Assembly (NCBI GenBank): GCA_963975655.1
Contig: CAXBHX010000012.1
Span: 25,875 to 89,874 of the forward strand
Reading direction: 5' to 3'
Origin: an uncultured Verrucomicrobiales bacterium
GTDB taxonomy: Bacteria > Verrucomicrobiota > Verrucomicrobiia > Verrucomicrobiales > DEV007
Length of the DNA stretch: 64,000 nucleotides
In this document: positions 53,197 to 61,885 of the stretch, in pieces
Position numbering within the stretch: the first letter of the stretch is position 1
How the letters are laid out: each line of letters starts with the position of its first letter
Notes under the pieces: model-generated
The model's input: only the letters and a program-made list of their open reading frames with translations
Told to the model about the DNA's origin: nothing
Databases searched by the model: none
Program-made: the position numbers and the translations under genes

Positions 53197-54363
53197 ATGA
53201 ATGCTTCTTCTCAGTTCCTCCTGACCACGGGTGCAATTCTCCTGCTCGGACTGCTGACGTCAACTCTGGCCAGTCGCACCAGGCTTCCACGGGTGACGCT
53301 ATTATTACTTTTCGGGATCCTGATCGGAGGGGAAATGCTCGATTTGATCCCGGAGGTCTTTTCGGCCCGCTTCAGCATCATTGCCGACATGACTTTGCTC
53401 ATGGTGGGCTTTCTGCTCGGTGGAAGATTGACAAGAGATTTGCTGAAGGAGACGGCCAGTGAAGTGTTCTGGATCTCGATCTGTGCCGCTTTGACGACAG
53501 CCGGCTTAGTGAGTCTGGGGCTGATCTTTGCGGGAGTGCCTAGAGAAGTTGCGATCATCCTTGGCTGCATTGCTTCGGCAACCGCTCCCGCCGCCATTCT
53601 TGACGTTGTGATGGAGCATGGAGTTGAAAGCAAGTTCAGCCGTCTTCTCCTCTCGATCGTGGCGCTCGATGATCTTTGGTCGCTGATTTTATTCGGGGTT
53701 GGGGTGTCGGCTGTCAAAACCTTGAACGGAGCGAGTGGTGAAATTTCATTTCTGTGGATCGCTACGCGTGAAATCGGTGGTGCGGTATTGTTAGGGATCG
53801 CGCTCGGTCTTCCGGCTGCCTATTTGACGGGTCGGGTAAAGAAGGGACAGCCGGTATTATCTGAGGCGCTCGGCCTTGTTTTTGTTTGTGGGGGGCTTGC
53901 GATTTGGCTCGGGTTCTCATATTTGATCGCATCAATGGTGATGGGGGCAGTGATTGCGAACATGGCCAGACATCATGAGTATCCGTTCCACGCCATCGAA
54001 GGGATCGAATGGCCATTCATGGTGATCTTTTTCGTGTTGGCGGGAGCATCGCTTGATTTAGAATCTCTCGCAGGAATTGGATTGATAGGGAGTCTCTATA
54101 TTGTCTGTCGAGCACTGGGAAAGTGGCTCGGAGCGAGAGTGGGAAGTGAGCTCAGCAGGACTGACCGAATGACGAAAAATTGGATGGGCTTTGCGTTGTT
54201 ACCTCAAGCGGGAGTTGCCATCGGGATGGCACTGGTCGCTTCCAACCAGTTTCCGGCATACCAGCAGGTTCTGCTGTCCATTGTCATCAGTTCCACCGTA
54301 GTCTTTGAGATCGCAGGGCCTGTCTTCACGAGTCTGGCCCTGAAGCGGACCCTCGATCACTAG
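53197..54363 (+). CDS. cation:proton antiporter (CPA2-like membrane domain)
   Basis: 388 aa with about 11-12 TM helices. The sequence pattern is Na+/H+-exchanger-family-like (LPRVTLLLLFGILIGG ..., ALLPQAGVAIGMAL). There is no TrkA-N domain. Confidence 0.7.
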   Translation: MNASSQFLLTTGAILLLGLLTSTLASRTRLPRVTLLLLFGILIGGEMLDLIPEVFSARFSIIADMTLLMVGFLLGGRLTRDLLKETASEVFWISICAALTTAGLVSLGLIFAGVPREVAIILGCIASATAPAAILDVVMEHGVESKFSRLLLSIVALDDLWSLILFGVGVSAVKTLNGASGEISFLWIATREIGGAVLLGIALGLPAAYLTGRVKKGQPVLSEALGLVFVCGGLAIWLGFSYLIASMVMGAVIANMARHHEYPFHAIEGIEWPFMVIFFVLAGASLDLESLAGIGLIGSLYIVCRALGKWLGARVGSELSRTDRMTKNWMGFALLPQAGVAIGMALVASNQFPAYQQVLLSIVISSTVVFEIAGPVFTSLALKRTLDH

Positions 54364-54379
54364 CTAAAGTAGACTCTCT

Positions 54380-54607
54380 ATGAAAACCATCGCCCGATTC
54401 ACCAACCTTCAGTCAGCTCAGATCGCAAAACTCAATCTGGGTGCGGCAGGAATCGAAGGTTTTATTCCCGATGAGATGAGTGCAGGGACAGCCCCTTATC
54501 TATTTATGACCAAAGCTGGCGTGCGTCTGCAGGTGAGAGAAGAGGACGAGGAAGAAGCGAAGGCCGTGCTGGAGCGTGAATCGACGGATGAAGCCCCGAT
54601 AGAATAA
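54380..54607 (+). CDS. DUF2007-like small protein (putative signal-transducing protein)
   Basis: 75 aa. The start, RFTNLQSAQIAKLNLGAAGIEGFIPDE, resembles the DUF2007 ferredoxin-like fold. It begins 16 nt after the antiporter gene. Confidence 0.45.
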   Translation: MKTIARFTNLQSAQIAKLNLGAAGIEGFIPDEMSAGTAPYLFMTKAGVRLQVREEDEEEAKAVLERESTDEAPIE

Positions 54608-54825
54608 GGATACTGCAGTCCTCAGTTAGCCATTTCTTATAGAGGAAGATGAGCCACGGCTATTTTAGTCTCTTTACTGCTATGGCTAGCTGTATTTATG
54701 GGGCGATTTGGGTTCGCTGTTACTTTGGTAGGAGGGCGGGGCATTGGGCTCGACAAACCCTATGCATTGAAATATATTCAAATTCCGAATTGCCAAACTC
54801 TTTGCGACCAATTCAATAGACATCT

Positions 54826-55566
54826 ATGAAAACCATCCAAATTCCTAACTCAATCAAAGCGATTTCGGCCTGTGCCGTTGCTTCACTTGTTTTTAGCGCA
54901 ATCACTCCGCTACAAGCGCAGCAGGATTTGCTCGCAAAAAACAAGGCTGATCTCGAAGTAAGAATCTCTCAGAATCGCGCGCGGCTCGATCAGCGTCAGA
55001 TTGATCCGGCTAAGGCTATACCTGCCGCGGTGCTTGCTGCAGCCAAAGGCGTTGTCATTCTCAATCAGGTGAAAGCGGGACTCGTCATCGGAGCAGAGGT
55101 CGGGAACGGCGTTGTTATATTGAAAGATGCTCAGGGAAACTGGGGGCCGCCAGCTTTTGTTACCATTGGAAAAGGATCTTTTGGTTTTCAGATTGGTGCG
55201 AGCGAGACAATCTCATTCTTTATCCTGATGACTGACGAGAGCCTCAAGTTGGTTAGAGGCGGAGGAGCCGGCGGTATTGGCGTGAGTTTAAAAGCAGCAG
55301 TTGGACCACTTGGTGCGGGCGGTGATATAGGATCTGCTTCCTTGAGAAAGCCTGTGCTTGTTTATTCGAACGTCAAAGGAGCGTTTGCTGGCGCTTCAAT
55401 TGATACCGGTGGTCTGATTGGATCTGAAAAGAGGAATCAAGTGGCCTACGACGGAATGAACATGGAGCAAATCCTGTTTTCTGGAAATGCGGTTATCACT
55501 CCAGCTGGAAAGCTTCTCGGCGATGCCCTTTCGTTTTACAGTGGAAAGCCGGTTCCAGTACAGTAA
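54826..55566 (+). CDS. SYLF (Ysc84/DUF500) lipid-binding domain protein
   Basis: Signal peptide. GVVILNQVKAGLVIGAEVGNGVVI, GSFGFQIGA, GVSLKAAVGPLGAGGD and VYSNVKGAFAGASIDTGGL are typical SYLF blocks. Confidence 0.7.
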   Translation: MKTIQIPNSIKAISACAVASLVFSAITPLQAQQDLLAKNKADLEVRISQNRARLDQRQIDPAKAIPAAVLAAAKGVVILNQVKAGLVIGAEVGNGVVILKDAQGNWGPPAFVTIGKGSFGFQIGASETISFFILMTDESLKLVRGGGAGGIGVSLKAAVGPLGAGGDIGSASLRKPVLVYSNVKGAFAGASIDTGGLIGSEKRNQVAYDGMNMEQILFSGNAVITPAGKLLGDALSFYSGKPVPVQ

Positions 55567-55609
55567 AGCTTTAAGCGAGGCTGGAAAACAGTCATCGACT
55601 TTATAAAAT

Positions 55610-55653
55610 AATGGCCGAGCTCTCAAATCGAGGGCCCGGCCATTTTTCTTTTG
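55610..55653 (+). terminator. terminator hairpin between convergent genes
   Basis: aatggccg (55610-55617) pairs with cggccatt (55637-55644), followed by tttttcttttg. An A-rich run upstream allows bidirectional use. Confidence 0.55.
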
Positions 55654-55670
55654 TATCGAAAGGGTGCTTT

Positions 55671-57266
55671 TTAGTAGGGGATTTCGCGGATATAGAGGTT
55701 CTTGAAGAACAGTTCGCTGCCGTGATGTTGAAGCTCAATTTGATCCTTACGCGGAATGGGGATTACTGAGTTGGCCAATCGATCCCAGTAGTTCTCGAGA
55801 ACGGTGCGATCAACGACCTGCTTGCCGTTGAGCCAGATAGAAACCTGCTCGCCGACCATGCGTATGAGGAAGGTATTCCATTCACCCGGTATATTGTCTG
55901 CCTTGACCAGAGGGCGGTTGCTCGCGCGCTTGTTATTCCAGAGTCCACCTGACCCAAGGTTCCTGCCATTGCGATAGGAGGTGACCCAGTCATCTGCCGT
56001 TTCGGGAGTCGATCCATCCTTTGTCCGTGCGTCCCAGGGGTCCCAAATCTGGATCTGGGGAGTTCCACGCAGGTAGATACCGCTATCAGCTCCGGGAGGG
56101 ATCTTCCAATCGATGTAGAGCTCAAAGTCGCCGTAGTCCTTGCCGGTGCAAAGGCTTTGCCCCTCTCCGTCGTAGGTCAGGATGCCGTTGGCCACGCTCC
56201 AGTGCTCGGTCATGGATTCATCCGCCGTAGCCTGAGCTTCGGTGAGGGCTTCCCCTCTGAGCGCGCGCCGGACAGGGGCATTCTTGTCAGCGAGGCCTTT
56301 CCATCCGGTCAGATCTTTACCATTGAAGAGAGCGGTGAAACCTTTCGGTGGGGTGTTGTCAGGTGGATTTTTGCCGGGAGTCGGAGGGCTGGGAACATAC
56401 TCCGCGACCTTGATGTCTTTGAACTCGACGTGATCGCTGTGACCGGCGAATTGAATGTGTCCCTGGCGGTTGTGCAACCCAGGATGGTCCCGTCCGTCTA
56501 CTGGAGTGTGTTTGTCCAGGAATACATCGACGATAACGGCACCGTTGAGAATCACTTTAACATGATCTTCGATGCAGATCACGACCTGTTCATTCCACTC
56601 GCCAACAGGTTTCAAGTAACCGGTTTTTGCTGGGACCACGCCATAAATCGAACCGTGGACCTGCCAGGGCTTGAGGGTGGATACTCTTTTGCCCGTGGTC
56701 GTCTCAGCACTGTAGCGGTCGCCTTTATGGTCGAGAATCTGCAACTCCATACCATGGTAGGCAGGTCCGGTTCCTGACTGAGCGCGAATTCCGAGGCCAT
56801 TGTTGCCGCTCTCCGTGAGCTTGAACTGAAAGTGGAAGACAAAATCTGAGTATTCGCGATCGGTTTCAAGGATCTTGGCTCCTTTCTGGCAAATCAGAAC
56901 GCCGTCTTCAACGATGTATCCCTCGGTGTCGCCCTGCCATCCAGCGAGGTCATTTCCATTAAAGAGCTCCTTCCAATGATCGATGGCTTCCACCATTTTG
57001 AGGGTGGCCTTACCGGCGACTCGGTTGGGGTCGGGTTTTGCAGGTGCCTGCTTGGCTGCCTGAGCCGGTTTGTCTTTCGGAGCGTTTTTGTCAGAGGCTC
57101 TCTTCGGCCCTGTCTTCGGTTTCTCCTTGGAGGTTGGCCTCTCCTCGGCTTTCTTTTTTCCAACCTCCTTCGGACTATCCTGGGCGGGTAGGGGGCTCGC
57201 TATCATGGCGAACCCAAGGAGTGCTGGGAGGAAATACCGATAGCCGGATGGCGCTGTTTTTTGCAT
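55671..57266 (-). CDS. secreted protein with two tandem DUF1080 (3-keto-disaccharide-hydrolase-like) domains
   Basis: I moved the start to the ATG at 57264-57266 (MQKTAPSGYRYFLPALLGFAMIASPLPAQ). A K/P/A-rich linker follows, then two modules, each with LFNGxDLxGW ... (D/E)Y(S/G)DF ... GEWN ... LNG. Confidence 0.8.
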   Translation of the reverse strand: MQKTAPSGYRYFLPALLGFAMIASPLPAQDSPKEVGKKKAEERPTSKEKPKTGPKRASDKNAPKDKPAQAAKQAPAKPDPNRVAGKATLKMVEAIDHWKELFNGNDLAGWQGDTEGYIVEDGVLICQKGAKILETDREYSDFVFHFQFKLTESGNNGLGIRAQSGTGPAYHGMELQILDHKGDRYSAETTTGKRVSTLKPWQVHGSIYGVVPAKTGYLKPVGEWNEQVVICIEDHVKVILNGAVIVDVFLDKHTPVDGRDHPGLHNRQGHIQFAGHSDHVEFKDIKVAEYVPSPPTPGKNPPDNTPPKGFTALFNGKDLTGWKGLADKNAPVRRALRGEALTEAQATADESMTEHWSVANGILTYDGEGQSLCTGKDYGDFELYIDWKIPPGADSGIYLRGTPQIQIWDPWDARTKDGSTPETADDWVTSYRNGRNLGSGGLWNNKRASNRPLVKADNIPGEWNTFLIRMVGEQVSIWLNGKQVVDRTVLENYWDRLANSVIPIPRKDQIELQHHGSELFFKNLYIREIPY

Positions 57267-57385
57267 GCGCCAACTTGAGCGGAATGCAGGAGTTTCGGCA
57301 ATAACGTGGTTGCGGTTACTACTCCAGGTCAACGCGGTGAAGCACGCCAGTCCGATCCGGCGGCCGGGACAACCAGTCCAATGAA

Positions 57386-57730
57386 TTAGCCCGGCGGCCA
57401 ATTCAGCTGACGGCCGGCAAGCATGTGAACGTGAAGATGAGGTACAGCTTCTCCACCCATCTTCCCATTGTTGATGACGAGCCGGAAACCTTCCTCGGTG
57501 TTGTTGAATCCGAGTTCAGAAGCCACTTTTCCTGCGATGAGGAGTAAGTGCCCCAGCACCGCTTCGTCCACGCCTTCAGCTTCACCTACTCTTGGTATCG
57601 GCTTCTTGGGAATCACAAGGATATGAGTCGGCGCCTGAGGAGCGATGTCGTGAAATGCGAGACAACGTTCATCCTCGTGTACGATGTCGGCAGGGATTTC
57701 CCGGGCGATAATCTTTTCGAAGAGCGTCAT
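57386..57730 (-). CDS. HIT-family (histidine triad) nucleotide hydrolase
   Basis: I moved the start to the ATG at 57728-57730 (MTLFEKIIAREIPADIVHEDE). The triad motif is HLHVHMLAG. Confidence 0.9.
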   Translation of the reverse strand: MTLFEKIIAREIPADIVHEDERCLAFHDIAPQAPTHILVIPKKPIPRVGEAEGVDEAVLGHLLLIAGKVASELGFNNTEEGFRLVINNGKMGGEAVPHLHVHMLAGRQLNWPPG

Positions 57731-57746
57731 GTCTGGAGAACAAATG

Positions 57747-58310
57747 CTATGAGGCAATCATGAAAGACATCTCTGGTCGAATCGTGGATGCCTGGTCACG
57801 AGCCTGATTGAGGAAGTCCGTGATTTCATCCTTGAGGTGGTCACAGCGCTTTGACCACTTTTTCGTGGAGACAAGACGTTTCACGCAGGGTTTGATACCA
57901 TGGCATTCGACCCGCAGGACGCCACCAGTGGTAGCTGAACTGAGTTGGTCTTGAAGTAATTGGAAGAATACGAGTTCGTATCCCGTACCTGCACGGCGGG
58001 CCAGTTCGCTGAGCGATATGCGAACGGGAGGAGGCGTCTTGTCGATGTTTTCAGCGACATCGGAAAGTCCGAACTGCGAAAGGGTCTTTTCGATACGGGC
58101 AAACAGCTCATCAGAATCAATGACCGTGCCTTTGTAGTGATTCGATAGGAAGCGCTCGACTCCCCGTGAGATGTCTTCAGCCAACCAGGCGGGTACATCG
58201 GTGCCCCGGGTGGCATTGGTTAGGGTTTCAGTGAGCCAGTCTTTCTGGCAAAGGGCAAGGCTGGCGGAGCCAATTCGAATGAACGGCAAAGCCTGAGGTA
58301 GAGCAATCAT
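57747..58310 (-). CDS. hypothetical protein
   Basis: 187-aa ORF with balanced composition and no motif I recognise. It lies 92 nt downstream of nrdR and 16 nt upstream of the HIT gene, on the same strand. Confidence 0.5.
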   Translation of the reverse strand: MIALPQALPFIRIGSASLALCQKDWLTETLTNATRGTDVPAWLAEDISRGVERFLSNHYKGTVIDSDELFARIEKTLSQFGLSDVAENIDKTPPPVRISLSELARRAGTGYELVFFQLLQDQLSSATTGGVLRVECHGIKPCVKRLVSTKKWSKRCDHLKDEITDFLNQARDQASTIRPEMSFMIAS

Positions 58311-58402
58311 CGGTTACTAGTGCGGTAGTGGGGCGGGTTCGGGTTGTCTGTCTTGTGTCTGGCATTTCCACGTAAGGTGTTTCAAGCCTACGTGGGAAAA
58401 GT

Positions 58403-58906
58403 TCAATTTTTGTTACCGGCCTCAAAAAGGTCGGGTTGCAGTACGTCGTCCAATGGCGAGTTCTCGAGGGACAGGATCACTTCGTTGAATTCTCCTACAT
58501 CCTGGAACTGGCGATAAACTGATGCATAGCGGACAAATGCCACGGGATCGATGCTCTGAAGTCGCGACATGACTTTCGGCCCGATCATTCGGCTCGGAAG
58601 TTCCTTGAGATTCTCAGATGACAATTCCGTGACGATCTCTTCGACTGCGTTTTCGAGTGCGTCGAGTGGGACCGGGCGTTTCTCACAGGCCTTAATGAGG
58701 CCACTGAGCAGTTTTTCCCGCCTGAATGGCTCACGAGTGCCGTCGCGCTTAATAACCAGCATATCGCGTCGCTCGACCTGCTCGTAGGTCGTAAAGCGAT
58801 GCCCACAATCCAAGCACTCGCGTCGCCGGCGGATTGAGAAACCGTCTTTCGACGATCGTGAATCGATGACCTTGTCATCAATACTGTTACATTTAACACA
58901 ACGCAT
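58403..58906 (-). CDS. nrdR: transcriptional repressor NrdR
   Basis: I moved the start to the ATG at 58904-58906. MRCVKCNSIDDKVIDSRSSKDGFSIRRRRECLDCGHRFTTYE is the Zn ribbon, followed by an ATP-cone. Confidence 0.92.
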   Translation of the reverse strand: MRCVKCNSIDDKVIDSRSSKDGFSIRRRRECLDCGHRFTTYEQVERRDMLVIKRDGTREPFRREKLLSGLIKACEKRPVPLDALENAVEEIVTELSSENLKELPSRMIGPKVMSRLQSIDPVAFVRYASVYRQFQDVGEFNEVILSLENSPLDDVLQPDLFEAGNKN

Positions 58907-58980
58907 TCCAGAGGGAGCACACAATTGGTGGCTCGATTCTCAGCGTCGCAACAAGATGTGGGGGTGTCAATCTGATAACA

Positions 58981-58996
58981 CCACAATATATAGATT
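58981..58996. promoter_or_regulatory. NrdR-box-like site 1
   Basis: CCACAATATATAGATT compared with the published NrdR-box consensus as I recall it (acaCwAtATaTwGtgt). The core CAATATATAG fits; the right arm is degenerate. It lies 75 nt upstream of the nrdR start. Confidence 0.45.
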
Positions 58997-59020
58997 TAAA
59001 TGCCCGATCTTGAGCGGCGA

Positions 59021-59036
59021 CCACTATATGTTGTGG
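59021..59036. promoter_or_regulatory. NrdR-box-like site 2
   Basis: CCACTATATGTTGTGG matches 13 of 16 positions of the recalled consensus, with CCAC/GTGG arms. It starts 40 bp after the start of site 1. Confidence 0.5.
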
Positions 59037-59085
59037 TGGGCGGCGGAAAAGCGATGATAATCAGGAACCCCTAAATGATTAGCTC

Positions 59086-61767
59086 TCAGATCTCGTGCTC
59101 GAGGTGTTCGGACTTGAACATGAGACGGCTGACCAGGGCTGTCCAGCCCGTTTGGTGGCTGGCCCCGAGTCCTTTTCCTGTCTCGGCGTGAAAATACTCG
59201 TAGAAGTGAACCAAATCAGCTTCTGGTCGACCTCTCGAGTGGAAGGGCGATTCTCCGTTGGCGGGACGATTCCCTGACTCGTCATCTGTCGTAAAGAGCG
59301 AAATTAATCGCTCCCCAATTCGCCTCGCAGCCTCTTTCAGAGTGATCAAGTCACCTGAACCAGTGGGGAATTCGACTAGGAACTCATCTCCGTAAAATCG
59401 ATGATATCGCTCCAATGCCTCGATCAGCAGGTAGTTGGTTGGAAACCAGATTGGTCCCCGCCAATTGGAGTTCCCACCGAACATGGGTGAGTTCGATTCA
59501 CCGGGCTGATAGGAAATGGAGTGATGGCCATCCTCGAGTTCAACCGAGAAGGGATGCTTTTCATGATACTTCGAAAGTGATCGGATTCCAAAGGGCGAAA
59601 GGAACTCCTCCTCATCAAAGAGGTAGCCCAACAAGGTGCGAAGTCGTTCCTTGGAGCAGCAAGAGAGTAGTCGCATCTGCCCGTTGTCATTGAGGGATGA
59701 GACACACTCGGCGAGATGAGATCGATGCTCGAGAAACCAGTTGGTGCGTTCGTTGAAGCCGGAGAGTCGCTCGAGGTGTCGCTGATCGAGTATCTCGACC
59801 GCAATCATGGGGAGCAGGCCGACCAGGGATCTCACTTTGAGCGGGCGTCGCTCACCATCTTTGGAAAGCCAGTCATAGTAGAATCCATCCTCTTCGCACC
59901 AAAGCCCGTCATGTCGTCCGTGGCCATTGATCGCCAGAGTGATGGTCACGAAATGCTCGAAAAATTTGGAGGCAAGATCCTCATAAGCTTTGTCCTCTTC
60001 CGCGAGCTCGATCGCGATAGCCAGCATGGTTGTGCAGTAGGATGCCATCCAGCCAGTGCCGTCGGCTTGTTCCAGCGTAGCGCCAAAGGGGAGCCCTTCG
60101 GAACGGTCAAACACTCCGATGTTGTCGAGCCCTAGAAATCCTCCTGAAAATAAGTTGTTCCCAGATGGATCCTTTCGATTGACCCACCAGGTGAAATTCA
60201 TGAGCAGCTTCTGAAAGGCCGACGCGAGAAAAGAAAGGTCCCGGTCTCCTCGGGAAGCCGCAATCTTGTAGACCCGCCAAACCGCCCAGGCGTGAACCGG
60301 AGGGTTCACATCGCTGAAGTTCCATTCGTAGGCTGGCAACTGACCGTTGGGATGCATGTACCACTCACGGAGAAATAGCATGAGTTGGCGTTTGGCAAGG
60401 TGAGGATCCACCTCTGCAATGGGCAGGGTGTGGAAGGCCAGATCCCATGCGGCGTACCAGGGATACTCCCACTTGTCAGGCATGCTGATAACGTCCCGGT
60501 TGAAGAGATGATTCCAGTCGCTGTTCCGACCATGCTTACGCTGAGGCGGCGCGGGATTTTCAGGGTCACCGTCTAGCCAGTCGTTGACGATGAAATGATA
60601 GAATTGCTTAGTCCAGAGTAGGCCTGCGTATGACTGTCGAAGCACGGCTGATTCATTTTTAGGAAGGCCTGGCGGCCGACGATTCTCATAGAATCGATCT
60701 GCTTCCGCTTTCCTCGCAGTTACGACTTCGTCAAAGGTCTCGTCGAATAAGTCATCAGGATCAGGTGCGATGTCTTGGCGGCTTAGACGAAGACGCAGAG
60801 TCACTGATTCTCCAGCAGGGACAGTCTTTTCAACCACTGCGGTTGCCTTGGTTCCACAATGGCTGGGATTCAGTGCCGATTTATCGCCGTCAATCAGAGC
60901 GCGGGAAAAGGCATCCTTAAAGTAAGCTGGACCGCCCTTGACTGGCTCCTTGTTCCATAGAGCCGGATTGGTTTCGTTGTCAGTAAACCAGTATTCACCA
61001 TCCTCCTCGATCGCAAATTGGTAAGGCGGGAGCGTGTCATGCTCAGTTACCATCATTCCGCCATCGAGTCCGATGCGGGGCTTAGTGGTCATGTCCTCGC
61101 CATTGCGACCCCATGCCCAGGTGTTCCTGAACCAAATAGTCGGCAATAGTGTCAGGGTGGCTTCTTCAGGCCCCCTGTTAGTGACCTGAATCGTGATGAG
61201 TAGGTCTTCGGGGCCTGCTTTCGCGTAGGTTGTCTCGACATCAAAGAAGCGGTCATCGTCAAATATACCGGTGTCTTCAAGTTCATACTCGGACTCATCC
61301 CTACTTCGGGACTGGTTAGTCTCGATGAGGTCTTGATAGGGAAATTCTCTTTGTGGGTACTTGTAGAGCGAACGGGCGTAGGAATGGGTCGGCGTAGAAT
61401 CGCAGTAGTAGTATAATTCTTTGACGTCCTCCCCGTGGTTTCCTTCGTGATTGGTGAGACCGAATAGCCGCTCCTTGAGAATGGGATCTTTACCGTTCCA
61501 CATCGAAAGCGAAAAACAGAGGCGACTGTATCGATCCGTCCAGCCCATCAGCCCGTCCTCACCCCATCGGTAGGCTCGCGAGGATGCGTGCTCCCGGGGG
61601 AAACTTCTCCAGGCATCCGAATCATCTGAATAATCTTCGCGAACGGTGCCCCACTGCCGTTCGGAGAGATAAGGGCCCCAGAGCTTCCAGTTGCTACGCT
61701 TCACCGGGTCCTGTTTGAGCCGGGAAGATTCAGGGTCATTGAGGGCGGTTAGGTGGAAGTTGGTCAT
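59086..61767 (-). CDS. GH63-like (alpha/alpha)6-barrel glucosidase / mannosylglycerate-hydrolase-like protein
   Basis: 893 aa and cytoplasmic (no signal peptide). The blocks WKLWGPYLSERQWGTVREDYS, WNHLFNRDVISMPDKWEYPWYAAWD and FSGGFLGLDNIGVFDRS are typical of bacterial MGH1/GH63-like hydrolases as I remember them. Confidence 0.6.
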   Translation of the reverse strand: MTNFHLTALNDPESSRLKQDPVKRSNWKLWGPYLSERQWGTVREDYSDDSDAWRSFPREHASSRAYRWGEDGLMGWTDRYSRLCFSLSMWNGKDPILKERLFGLTNHEGNHGEDVKELYYYCDSTPTHSYARSLYKYPQREFPYQDLIETNQSRSRDESEYELEDTGIFDDDRFFDVETTYAKAGPEDLLITIQVTNRGPEEATLTLLPTIWFRNTWAWGRNGEDMTTKPRIGLDGGMMVTEHDTLPPYQFAIEEDGEYWFTDNETNPALWNKEPVKGGPAYFKDAFSRALIDGDKSALNPSHCGTKATAVVEKTVPAGESVTLRLRLSRQDIAPDPDDLFDETFDEVVTARKAEADRFYENRRPPGLPKNESAVLRQSYAGLLWTKQFYHFIVNDWLDGDPENPAPPQRKHGRNSDWNHLFNRDVISMPDKWEYPWYAAWDLAFHTLPIAEVDPHLAKRQLMLFLREWYMHPNGQLPAYEWNFSDVNPPVHAWAVWRVYKIAASRGDRDLSFLASAFQKLLMNFTWWVNRKDPSGNNLFSGGFLGLDNIGVFDRSEGLPFGATLEQADGTGWMASYCTTMLAIAIELAEEDKAYEDLASKFFEHFVTITLAINGHGRHDGLWCEEDGFYYDWLSKDGERRPLKVRSLVGLLPMIAVEILDQRHLERLSGFNERTNWFLEHRSHLAECVSSLNDNGQMRLLSCCSKERLRTLLGYLFDEEEFLSPFGIRSLSKYHEKHPFSVELEDGHHSISYQPGESNSPMFGGNSNWRGPIWFPTNYLLIEALERYHRFYGDEFLVEFPTGSGDLITLKEAARRIGERLISLFTTDDESGNRPANGESPFHSRGRPEADLVHFYEYFHAETGKGLGASHQTGWTALVSRLMFKSEHLEHEI

Positions 61768-61885
61768 AGCTACTTACACATTGTCGCATAATTTGTGCCC
61801 AAGATATCTTATAATTCAAGGCGTCTCAGCATGAAGCTGAACCGTCTCAGACCTTTGATCGGATTCATATACAACTGGCACTGCG

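Noticed and set aside
54608-54825. Imperfect inverted repeat ttagccat ... atggctag (~54627-54634 and ~54682-54689) upstream of the SYLF gene, considered as a MITE or sRNA.
   Set aside because: The arms are only 7/8 bp. I noticed no second copy elsewhere in the window and no target-site duplication.
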